Origin: a virus
Reading direction: 5' to 3' (one strand)
Length of the DNA stretch: 64,000 bases
Virus record (IMG/VR): IMGVR_UViG_3300028654_000009
Shown here: piece after piece, positions 56,916 through 64,000 of the stretch
How positions within the stretch are numbered: position 1 is the first letter of the stretch
Layout of the letters: each line of letters begins with the position of its first letter
Made by a program: the position numbers and the translations under genes
The notes under the pieces: generated by a model
What the model saw: only the letters and a program-made list of their open reading frames with translations
Databases searched by the model: none
Told to the model about the DNA's origin: nothing

Positions 56916-57220
56916 GCCACCCCGACGACTACGTCCACATGGTCCCCGAGCCCAAGTATCAAGAATTCCTTGCTTACAAGGCTAGAATCGAAGAGTTGTA
57001 CGCCGCCCTCGCTGGCCGTGACGAGGACTTCTACGAGACGCAGGACATCGCCGACAAGCTTACTACCAAGAACTGGGAACTCGAAGAAGAGTTGCGCTAC
57101 AAGAACGGGCTGGTGAGAGGCCTTCAGACAGCCCTCAGGGGGATGCAGGCCGTTGTCCAGTCTCAGTCGCAGCACATTGTCAACTTCACGGCCACGGAGC
57201 TATGGAGAGACGAGGGGTAA
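56912..57220 (+). CDS. Hypothetical coiled-coil protein
   Basis: ATGA coupling. Confidence 0.55.
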   Translation: MSHPDDYVHMVPEPKYQEFLAYKARIEELYAALAGRDEDFYETQDIADKLTTKNWELEEELRYKNGLVRGLQTALRGMQAVVQSQSQHIVNFTATELWRDEG

Positions 57221-58194
57221 TGGAGTTCGACGACACCATCGACTTGCCTGAGGGCTTCGCAAAGACCTGCAGGATCGTTCCAGGGATTGATAAGGCCGAC
57301 TATATCTTGGTTGTGGACGTATCAAACCTGGCCTGGAGGTCCGCCTTCGCTTACGATTTGTCGATCGGCACCAAAAAGACAGGGCACGTTCACGGGGCCT
57401 GCACCCTCCTTCTTTCGACTATTGCGAGGAAGATTGCTGCAGGCAATTGGTTCGTGGTGTTCTGCTATGATGGGGCTGGAGCAAAGAAGCGCCGACAAGC
57501 TATCCTCCCCGAGTACAAGGCTAAGCGTGACCTGGAGAGGTGGAATCCTTGCCCAGAGGTGGAAGAGGTCTTCCGGTGCTTGCCTGGGCTCCATCTCAAA
57601 AAGGATCTAGCTGAGGGCGATGACGCCATCGCTTATGCCACAGAGAAATTCGCACGAGAAACCCCCGTGACAATCCTCAGCGGGGACAAAGATGTCTGGG
57701 CACTGCTTCGGTTTGACAACGTGAGCGTGTTTTACCCCAATCGCGACAAACTCATCACCAAGGAAGACGTCGAGGAGGAGTTCGGGGTCAAAGACCCTGG
57801 CCGCATCAAGCTTGCCAAAGCCCTGTTCGGAGATAGCTCAGACGAAATCAAGCCGCCAGTTCCGAGGTTGCGGAAGGCGAAATTCACAGACGCCCTCAAT
57901 CACCCGACGGTAGACAATATCGGCTCCCTTTTGGTAGCAGCTGGAGCCACACAGCCTCCGACTAAAAGCAACATAAAGAACCTGGCCAACCTATTAGACC
58001 ACCGAGTTGACCTTGAGACACGGCTTGAGGCAATCACCCCTTTCCTGGAGCCGTTCTCTCTGGTAGACTTGGTCACAGGGATCAGCACAGGCAATAGGGA
58101 GGAGTTCTTAAGGCTCTTGGAGACCTACGCCTGCAAACAGGTGGCAGAGAAGGCGGCCTACTTCTTTGGAATGGAGTTCTACTCCAATGACTAA
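57220..58194 (+). CDS. 5'-3' exonuclease / flap endonuclease (RNase H-like)
   Basis: VVD..N, YKAKR, EGDDAIA, SGDKD and L.GDSSD motifs. Confidence 0.9.
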   Translation: MEFDDTIDLPEGFAKTCRIVPGIDKADYILVVDVSNLAWRSAFAYDLSIGTKKTGHVHGACTLLLSTIARKIAAGNWFVVFCYDGAGAKKRRQAILPEYKAKRDLERWNPCPEVEEVFRCLPGLHLKKDLAEGDDAIAYATEKFARETPVTILSGDKDVWALLRFDNVSVFYPNRDKLITKEDVEEEFGVKDPGRIKLAKALFGDSSDEIKPPVPRLRKAKFTDALNHPTVDNIGSLLVAAGATQPPTKSNIKNLANLLDHRVDLETRLEAITPFLEPFSLVDLVTGISTGNREEFLRLLETYACKQVAEKAAYFFGMEFYSND

Positions 58195-58411
58195 AGACCA
58201 GGACGCGAGGAGCTATTTAGCAGAGAAGGTTCGCTCTTGGGCTGGGGTGGAGTGCCCGGCCAGATTTTCGGAACCAGGCAAGCCGGCGCAATCAGCGGAT
58301 TGCGGAGAGTGCCCATTGTGCGTGTGTAGGCAGACGCTGTTTAAGCTAAGAGAGGCCTTTGCTCAGCACATCTATGACCTAAAAGAGGAGGACGAGGCAT
58401 ATGAGAGATAG
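58187..58411 (+). CDS. Small Cys-rich protein
   Basis: CGECPLCVC. Confidence 0.5.
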   Translation: MTKDQDARSYLAEKVRSWAGVECPARFSEPGKPAQSADCGECPLCVCRQTLFKLREAFAQHIYDLKEEDEAYER

Positions 58412-58640
58412 AGAGTTTCTGAAATCGCCTAGCGAAATCGCAGCTAAGGTTGAGGTTGAGGGGCTGAGAGTTCCAGAACGGGACTTTGCCATGGTGCAGG
58501 CCGGGATGGTACACGCCATCGAACAGTTCATCGATTGGACTTCTGACGACGGATGGTTGGATGTGGGATGGATGCGCCGAAGGCTGTTTGAGATAGCCAC
58601 CAGACCATACGAAGGACCTAAGGAAGGGGAGGAAGAATGA
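58401..58640 (+). CDS. Hypothetical protein
   Basis: GAGG SD, coupled. Confidence 0.55.
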   Translation: MRDREFLKSPSEIAAKVEVEGLRVPERDFAMVQAGMVHAIEQFIDWTSDDGWLDVGWMRRRLFEIATRPYEGPKEGEEE

Positions 58641-59461
58641 TTAACGTACGTATTTTGGCCGACTCCATCGCACCTTGCGGGAAGAGGCTGACCACCTGGG
58701 AGTGCGAGTACCCGCGCGCGATCCATGCCGAGGTGAAGACTCACCGCGCTCTCTCAACCAACAGCGCCTCTTCCCGAGCCATTCCCGTCGCCAAGATGAT
58801 CGAGCGCGTGGTGACCAACCCGTGGATTCCCGACCATATTGGCAAAAACCAGCGGGGCATGCAGGCGGGCGATCAGGTCCCCGAAGAGGTCCGTCAGGCT
58901 GCGGTCGATGACTGGCTGTATCTCCGAGACGAAGCTGTCAAGACCGCTACTCGGCTGATGAACGCTGGTATTCACAAGCAGATTGTGAATCGCGTGCTGG
59001 AGCCGTGGATGCATATCGTTACTATCATTTCCGCTACCGAGGTGGGAAACTTCTTTGGACTCCGCCGCCACAAAGACGCTGAGCCCCATTTCCAAGACCT
59101 TGCAAACGCCATGTTCCGGACGCGGGAAGAGTCGACTCCGGCAGAGCTGGAGGCAGGTCAGTGGCACCTGCCTTTGATTTTTGTAGACGATGAAGACTGG
59201 CGAGCACTCGACGGCTTTACCATTCCAGACCTCAAAAAGGTTGCCGTCGGCCGGTGCTGTAGGGTTTCATACCTGACTCACAGCGGGACTCGGGCTCCCG
59301 CAGAAGATATTCGGCTCCACGACGATTTGATCCGTAACGGACACATGTCGCCGACAGAGCACGTCGCCCAGGCGCTTGACATTCGGAATAGGTCTGGTAA
59401 CTTCCGTGGGTGGCGACAGTACCGCAAAACCATCCCCAACGAGTGCTTCCCGGAGGGGTAA
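58637..59461 (+). CDS. thyX: Flavin-dependent thymidylate synthase (ThyX/Thy1-like)
   Basis: PR.IHAE..THR..S.N..SSRA, HKQ..NR.LEP, RVSY and H.SP.EH motifs. Confidence 0.85.
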   Translation: MINVRILADSIAPCGKRLTTWECEYPRAIHAEVKTHRALSTNSASSRAIPVAKMIERVVTNPWIPDHIGKNQRGMQAGDQVPEEVRQAAVDDWLYLRDEAVKTATRLMNAGIHKQIVNRVLEPWMHIVTIISATEVGNFFGLRRHKDAEPHFQDLANAMFRTREESTPAELEAGQWHLPLIFVDDEDWRALDGFTIPDLKKVAVGRCCRVSYLTHSGTRAPAEDIRLHDDLIRNGHMSPTEHVAQALDIRNRSGNFRGWRQYRKTIPNECFPEG

Positions 59462-59462
59462 C

Positions 59463-60167
59463 ATGCTGATCCAGCCCGTAAGTGACGTCCACACAGAGTT
59501 CCACCGAGACGGCGGGAAGGACTTTTTTGAGAGTCTTCCCGTGGAGGGCGACGTCTTGGTGATGGCTGGAGACATTGGCCATGCCGGGAATCTGGGGCCC
59601 GTTTTCGAGCGCGTTTCGAGGCGTTGGAAGGATGTGGTATACGTCGCCGGCAACCATGAAGCTTACGGGACTGGCATCGTCGAAAGTCGAGAGGTTCTGC
59701 TGAAGACCGTAAAGCCTTTCTCCAATGTCCACTTCCTCAACAACGACTTTGTCACGATCGACGAAATAAAGTTCTTCGGCGGTACAGGCTGGTTCCCCAA
59801 GTGCCCGCCTTCGGCCCAGATGAACGACTTCAACATGATTTCGGATATGGACCCCGAAGCGTACCGTCTTAATCAGGAGTTCCAGGTGAACTACAGGCGC
59901 CTCGAATCCGATGCCGACGTGATTGTGACGCATCACCTCCCTTCAATGCAATGTGTCACGCAGAGGTGGAAGCACAGCACCTTGAACAAATACTTCGTTT
60001 CGGGGTTTGCACCCGAGCATTCGGGTGCCGCTTTGTGGGTTTATGGGCACACCCATGACTCGAACGACTTTATGCTCGGGTCCACCAGGATGGTTTGCAA
60101 TCCCTTCGGATATGTCACAGAGGACCAGAGCCAATTCTTCAATCCGTATCTACGTTTGGAGGTATAA
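59463..60167 (+). CDS. Calcineurin-like metallophosphoesterase
   Basis: SDVH, AGDI, GNHE, THHLP, GHTH and NPFGY motifs. Confidence 0.9.
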   Translation: MLIQPVSDVHTEFHRDGGKDFFESLPVEGDVLVMAGDIGHAGNLGPVFERVSRRWKDVVYVAGNHEAYGTGIVESREVLLKTVKPFSNVHFLNNDFVTIDEIKFFGGTGWFPKCPPSAQMNDFNMISDMDPEAYRLNQEFQVNYRRLESDADVIVTHHLPSMQCVTQRWKHSTLNKYFVSGFAPEHSGAALWVYGHTHDSNDFMLGSTRMVCNPFGYVTEDQSQFFNPYLRLEV

Positions 60168-60517
60168 TGCCAAAGTCAATCATGGAGGTGAGCCAACTGC
60201 ACCGAGAAATCGCCCTGACCACCGTCAGTGACTGTGAAGAGTGCCATGGCCAATGCGGCCGGTGGGACTCCGAAGCCATGGACCAGTGGTACCCCTGTTC
60301 GGCCTGCTACGAACGGGCCGTGGGCGTAAGCCTTGGCCTGGCCGCTGCCAGAGATCAGATTGACGGCCTGGTGTTTCACTGCCGAATTCTCGAAAAAAGG
60401 TTTGACACGCTCAAGGGTGAGCGCTATGGTAGTTGCATGGTAACGCTCTCAAACATCTACTACACGGCCAAGTGCTGGTTCCTGCACCACGCTTACAAGT
60501 TCATCCCCTTTATGTGA
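60167..60517 (+). CDS. Hypothetical zinc-binding protein
   Basis: CEECHG...CSAC. GGAGG SD. Confidence 0.6.
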   Translation: MPKSIMEVSQLHREIALTTVSDCEECHGQCGRWDSEAMDQWYPCSACYERAVGVSLGLAAARDQIDGLVFHCRILEKRFDTLKGERYGSCMVTLSNIYYTAKCWFLHHAYKFIPFM

Positions 60518-60521
60518 CACA

Positions 60522-61034
60522 ATGAAAAGCAATCATTGCGATGTCTGCGGCAGCGGCAACCCCGAAAATGACAACTGTTACGGGTCTTTATGCTGCAGTA
60601 TCAGGGAGGAGAAGCTCAACGCAAAGCTTAAGAAGCTCCGGCGGTTCCGGGCCGCCTACAGCCGGACCATGGAGATCCAGCGTGAGCTTTTGCGTGAGCT
60701 GAAGAATGTTTCATTAGAGAAAGAGCTTGATCTTTTGTTGGTTCTTCAGGCGACTTGCGAAAGCTCGGAGGCCCGCTATCAGAAAGTGCTGAAGGAGAAT
60801 GGCCAGGCAGGCGGTCAGTCGGCGAAGACCAAGAAACGGAAGACAAAACCTATCGAGATCCCTTCCTCTTGGAGGCTCATCACAGAGGACGATAACGAGG
60901 ACTGGGTCTGCGAGCTTCGAGCTTTTCCAAATTGCGGGAAAAACGCCGTGTGTCGCCCCAAGAATTTTACGCGGACACAAGGTGCGTGCCGCAAGCACGC
61001 TCTCATGGCGGCAAAAACCGGAGATTGGAAATGA
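60522..61034 (+). CDS. Hypothetical protein with C-terminal Cys/His domain
   Basis: GACRKHA domain shared with the next gene. Confidence 0.65.
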   Translation: MKSNHCDVCGSGNPENDNCYGSLCCSIREEKLNAKLKKLRRFRAAYSRTMEIQRELLRELKNVSLEKELDLLLVLQATCESSEARYQKVLKENGQAGGQSAKTKKRKTKPIEIPSSWRLITEDDNEDWVCELRAFPNCGKNAVCRPKNFTRTQGACRKHALMAAKTGDWK

Positions 61035-61336
61035 GCACCTACCGCACCGAGCAGCTGTTAGAGCAGATTCTAAAGGCGCTAGAAGCCCTGGCGGGGGTGC
61101 GGCCGCCCAAGGCTAAGAAGCCCAAGGCTAAGAAGCCCAAGGCTAAGAAGCCGGCCTTCCCTAGGTCTTGGAAGCTGATCGCCGACGACCCGCTGGAGGA
61201 CGGCTGGTTGTGTAATCTGAATCGCTTCAGAGACTGCAACAGGTTTGCCTGGTGTAAGCCTAAGGCGGACGGTGACGGAAGAGGTGCCTGTCGAAAGCAC
61301 GCCCGTATGGCAGCGGAACGAAAGGATTGGACATGA
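61031..61336 (+). CDS. Paralogue of the previous gene's C-terminal domain
   Basis: SW.LI.DD...W.C.L..F..C...A.C.PK...GACRKHA.MAA...DW. Confidence 0.65.
   Translation: MSTYRTEQLLEQILKALEALAGVRPPKAKKPKAKKPKAKKPAFPRSWKLIADDPLEDGWLCNLNRFRDCNRFAWCKPKADGDGRGACRKHARMAAERKDWT
61106..61150 (+). repeat. Three copies of a 15-bp tandem repeat (PKAKK)3
   Basis: CCCAAGGCTAAGAAG x3, exact. Confidence 0.95.
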
Positions 61337-61590
61337 GCCTGAACCAGGACGTCTGGTGTGTGGCCTGGCTTGATCGCGAAGCCCCGGGCCCGTCTACTAA
61401 GCGTCCGGTTGTCTGGTGTGCCACGAAGGGCGGTCGAAGTCCTTCCGAGGCCGCCTGGTCTGACGAGACAAGATGCGGGTACGCAATAATCCTGCGTTGC
61501 GGGAGCGCCAGACGGACCCCCACCTGTCCAGACTGCATCAAGAAGATGGAAAAGAAACCACGAGCAGCAACAAGAAAGGCCGGCAAATGA
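61333..61590 (+). CDS. Small Cys-rich protein
   Basis: WC, TRCG and TCPDC motifs. Confidence 0.55.
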   Translation: MSLNQDVWCVAWLDREAPGPSTKRPVVWCATKGGRSPSEAAWSDETRCGYAIILRCGSARRTPTCPDCIKKMEKKPRAATRKAGK

Positions 61591-62192
61591 GCGCAGACAA
61601 GCGAACCGTGAGCACCGATGCCCTGGAGACCCTCGGACAAATCCACACCAAGCAGGAGAAGCGCGACGCGATCCATTTGGCGGTTTTGCCGGTGATGGCC
61701 TCCTGCAGCTTGCTTCCGGGTGAGGATATCGTTATCAAAGACGGAGTAGCTTACGACCCGTCCGATGTCGAGGCCCGAGGATCAGAAGTTCTGTGCATCG
61801 TCGACCCGTTCCTCGAAGGTAAGGTCAAGAAGGGCCAGAAGTTCTGGGCCATTCTGCGGCCCCGGCTGGTAAAGTCTCTGCGCCACGTTTGGGAGCACCC
61901 TGCGTTCCCGGAGGGGAGCGAAGAGCCTAAGCTGGAGACGGCGAAGGCCGTAACTACCGCCCAGATTGCCTCCCGACAGTGGATTCAGGACTTTGCTGCA
62001 AGCGTTTCACTCAAGTACGATGTCCTCATGGAGGGGGCCGATAGCTACCTCAATCACGGCGACTATCTTTGCTTTGGCGGACTGCTTGAGGGCGAAGACG
62101 TACCTGATGAGTTTTGGAACCACTACGAAGTGGTGACGGGGAGAACTGTCCCCGAAGCGAATCGCGGCAGCTTCTTTACCTGCAGCTGTTAG
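61587..62192 (+). CDS. Hypothetical phage protein
   Basis: RDAIHLAV, IVDPFL, LRHVWEHP and C-terminal FTCSC. Confidence 0.7.
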   Translation: MSADKRTVSTDALETLGQIHTKQEKRDAIHLAVLPVMASCSLLPGEDIVIKDGVAYDPSDVEARGSEVLCIVDPFLEGKVKKGQKFWAILRPRLVKSLRHVWEHPAFPEGSEEPKLETAKAVTTAQIASRQWIQDFAASVSLKYDVLMEGADSYLNHGDYLCFGGLLEGEDVPDEFWNHYEVVTGRTVPEANRGSFFTCSC

Positions 62193-62494
62193 ACGGGCTG
62201 CTGACCGCCCACAACCTGACGGTCGGTCTGGTACGTTGCCGCCCCGCCGTTGAAGGCCGAGAGGTCAGAAAACATCACAGCATTAGGCGGCCCACGTAAA
62301 GGAGCTAGACAAGCCCGGAAAGTCGTGGTAGAAAGAAGCTCGGTCACTTGAATCTGGACCGAAGCTACCCCAACTTTTGATAGCGAGCCTTCCTGTCCAA
62401 CCAACACCCCAGTAGTGCTGGCGCAGGTCAACATGCCACTGGCGTTCGCCGCAGTAATGGTAACGGTGATTGGATTTGAAAGAATGGCCGACAT
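62189..62494 (-). CDS. Orphan late/virion-like beta protein
   Basis: T/S/V/G-rich. AATCT-N7-ATG upstream (62502-62506). Confidence 0.55.
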   Translation of the reverse strand: MSAILSNPITVTITAANASGMLTCASTTGVLVGQEGSLSKVGVASVQIQVTELLSTTTFRACLAPLRGPPNAVMFSDLSAFNGGAATYQTDRQVVGGQQPV

Positions 62495-62518
62495 GAGTTA
62501 TAGATTAGGTGGAGCAAA

Positions 62519-62716
62519 ATGCTGAACGACGACGCGATTCCGATTGATATCGATGAAGACGTGGTGACCGAGGAGGTCTCGTACGACGACATCACCGTGC
62601 CGTACGCTTTCACCCCTCTTGAGATGGTAGGCCTCCTGATGGAAGCCGGGATGGGGAAGAGCGTCGAAAATTTCCTCAAAGTTTGGGATGGACCTAAGCT
62701 CCAGGGGATGGTATAA
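62519..62716 (+). CDS. Small acidic protein
   Basis: GGTGGAG SD. Confidence 0.55.
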   Translation: MLNDDAIPIDIDEDVVTEEVSYDDITVPYAFTPLEMVGLLMEAGMGKSVENFLKVWDGPKLQGMV

Positions 62717-63165
62717 TGCCCTGCTCACCACTTATGCACTCGCGTTGGTTTCTTTATCAAAACACTCTTTTGAAGGGCCCCGAGAAAAACTGGTGCCCAC
62801 ATTGCGACCGGCCTTCTTTCTCGTTTTGGCTGTCTCAGGTGCACGAAAAAGCGGACAATGCGGACGACACCAATGCCTACTGGATGAGGGTGTTCAATCA
62901 AATCGTGAAACACGGCAAGGAAGACACCGAATACTGGGTGCCCTACAAGGCAGCTCCCGTCAGGCGCCAAGGCCTCATATCTTATGGATTCAAGGAAGTT
63001 GGGGATGGTAAGTTCGAGGTCTCGTTCGGTAAAGACCCGTCTGAAATCTCAATATTGGATTGCCTGAGACAAGAACAGTACCTCTGGGAACCAGACCAGC
63101 GCCGTCTTATTCAAAAATTGAAAGAGGAAAGGTACGAAAGGAATCGACCGAAGAAACAGGATTAA
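62716..63165 (+). CDS. Hypothetical protein
   Basis: TAATG coupling. CPHC motif. Confidence 0.55.
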   Translation: MPCSPLMHSRWFLYQNTLLKGPEKNWCPHCDRPSFSFWLSQVHEKADNADDTNAYWMRVFNQIVKHGKEDTEYWVPYKAAPVRRQGLISYGFKEVGDGKFEVSFGKDPSEISILDCLRQEQYLWEPDQRRLIQKLKEERYERNRPKKQD

Positions 63166-63175
63166 TTTGGGCGTG

Positions 63176-63210
63176 GTGCAAGACGACCGGCCGGCCTACC
63201 TTGCACTTTT
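63176..63210 (+). terminator. Possible terminator
   Basis: GTGCAAG...CTTGCAC followed by TTTT. Confidence 0.4.
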
Positions 63211-63393
63211 GGACGACTGCGTATTTTGGACAAACCAGGCCTCGGTTTGGGGAGGATGAAGGGGTACGCAGCGGCGCCCGCTATTTTACGCCTACGGGCA
63301 ATCTATACACTGGACTGTGTAGAACACATTCACAAGACCTGTGCCATGGTGGTACCGGGGTCTATCAGAGTAACGCAACAAAAGGAGTATACA

Positions 63394-64000
63394 ATGAGAC
63401 GAGTATTGATTGGATTAGTATTGGGCGCGGCGCTTGCCGCATGCGGCGGCACGCGACAGGGGGTCGATGTCCCTGTGTCTGACCCGGGCCTTGTGGACGT
63501 GAGCCAGGTAAAGCTGCTCGCGAACGAGCACGACATCGTCAACGATGCGAACTCGTTTGGGTTCTTGGAGTCTTTCGACAGTTTCAACGCAATTGGCCCC
63601 GCTGGCAGCGGGGCTCCCGAGGCGAGCATCAGGGGATCTGGCTCGTTTCGCTACGTGCAGGGCACCGTGTCGGGTGCGAGCGCGTGCACGTCCGGTGGGT
63701 CATGCTGGATCATCAGCACCGTCGGGTCGGCTACGGCCCCATTCGTGGTGTGCCAGGCCGGCGCCGGGAGCGGCCGCGACCTCAAGCTCCGACCAGCGGT
63801 GGGCGTCGAGGCCAACAACGTTGGCTCTCTCTGGCCGGCGGCGTGGTCAAACGGAGGCGCCCAGTGGACTGGGAATACTTACTCGGGGAATTCGGGCAAT
63901 GACCCGGCGACCTGGAACGCCACGTTTAACAACATGGCGTGCGTGTGGTCGGACACCAACCAGACCGTCACTCCGACGCTGGTCTATGCGGCTTCGTTCG
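63394..64000 (+). CDS. Lipoprotein (partial, runs off the window)
   Basis: AAGGAG SD. MRRVLIGLVLGAALAA-CGG lipobox. Frame open to the window end. Confidence 0.75.
   Translation, partial: MRRVLIGLVLGAALAACGGTRQGVDVPVSDPGLVDVSQVKLLANEHDIVNDANSFGFLESFDSFNAIGPAGSGAPEASIRGSGSFRYVQGTVSGASACTSGGSCWIISTVGSATAPFVVCQAGAGSGRDLKLRPAVGVEANNVGSLWPAAWSNGGAQWTGNTYSGNSGNDPATWNATFNNMACVWSDTNQTVTPTLVYAASF

Noticed and set aside
61106-61150. CRISPR-like repeats
   Set aside because: These are direct tandem 15-mers without spacers, in frame within a CDS.
63225-63300. c-di-GMP-I (GEMM) riboswitch suggested by GGACAAACC
   Set aside because: No GNRA tetraloop/receptor pair or GCAAA P2 junction was found.
1-64000. 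Stop-codon reassignment, tRNA genes or integrase
   Set aside because: TAA, TAG and TGA all end genes next to the following start, and core genes are full length in code 11. No tRNA cloverleaf or integrase was noticed by eye.

Overview
This is a 64-kb segment of a large lytic dsDNA tailed phage. It is GC-rich, and its head module is organised like that of SPO1/Herelleviridae. The host is unknown but probably diderm, since three lipoproteins are encoded. The left half (about 1-29.6 kb, mostly minus strand) holds a replication-initiator-like gene, an SF2 helicase, a truncated sigma factor, a GroES-like gene, SbcD, the terminases, portal, MuF, prohead protease, scaffold, major capsid protein and head-completion genes. 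The right half (about 30-64 kb, plus strand) holds GroEL, SbcC, Endo VII, a T5 A1-like nuclease, a split DnaE, SSB, UvsY-like, RecA, primase, DnaB, ClpP, class II RNR, RNA ligase, dUTPase, a 5'-3' exonuclease and ThyX. Three candidate systems stand out. (1) Head polyproteins carry enzyme cargo separated by [LMV]-x-K-[AS] motifs: the prohead protease is fused to an HhH-GPD-like glycosylase and a GGDEF domain, and a 1344-aa protein has a NUDIX/ART/ART/helical-repeat/kinase/kinase layout. (2) A sigma factor lacking region 4.2 and a free-standing sigma4-like protein occur together with a late AATCT-N6/7-ATG leaderless promoter motif. (3) DnaE is split between its catalytic aspartates, with non-catalytic intein-like remnants at the break. 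All domain calls come from motif recognition by eye, and no database searches were run.
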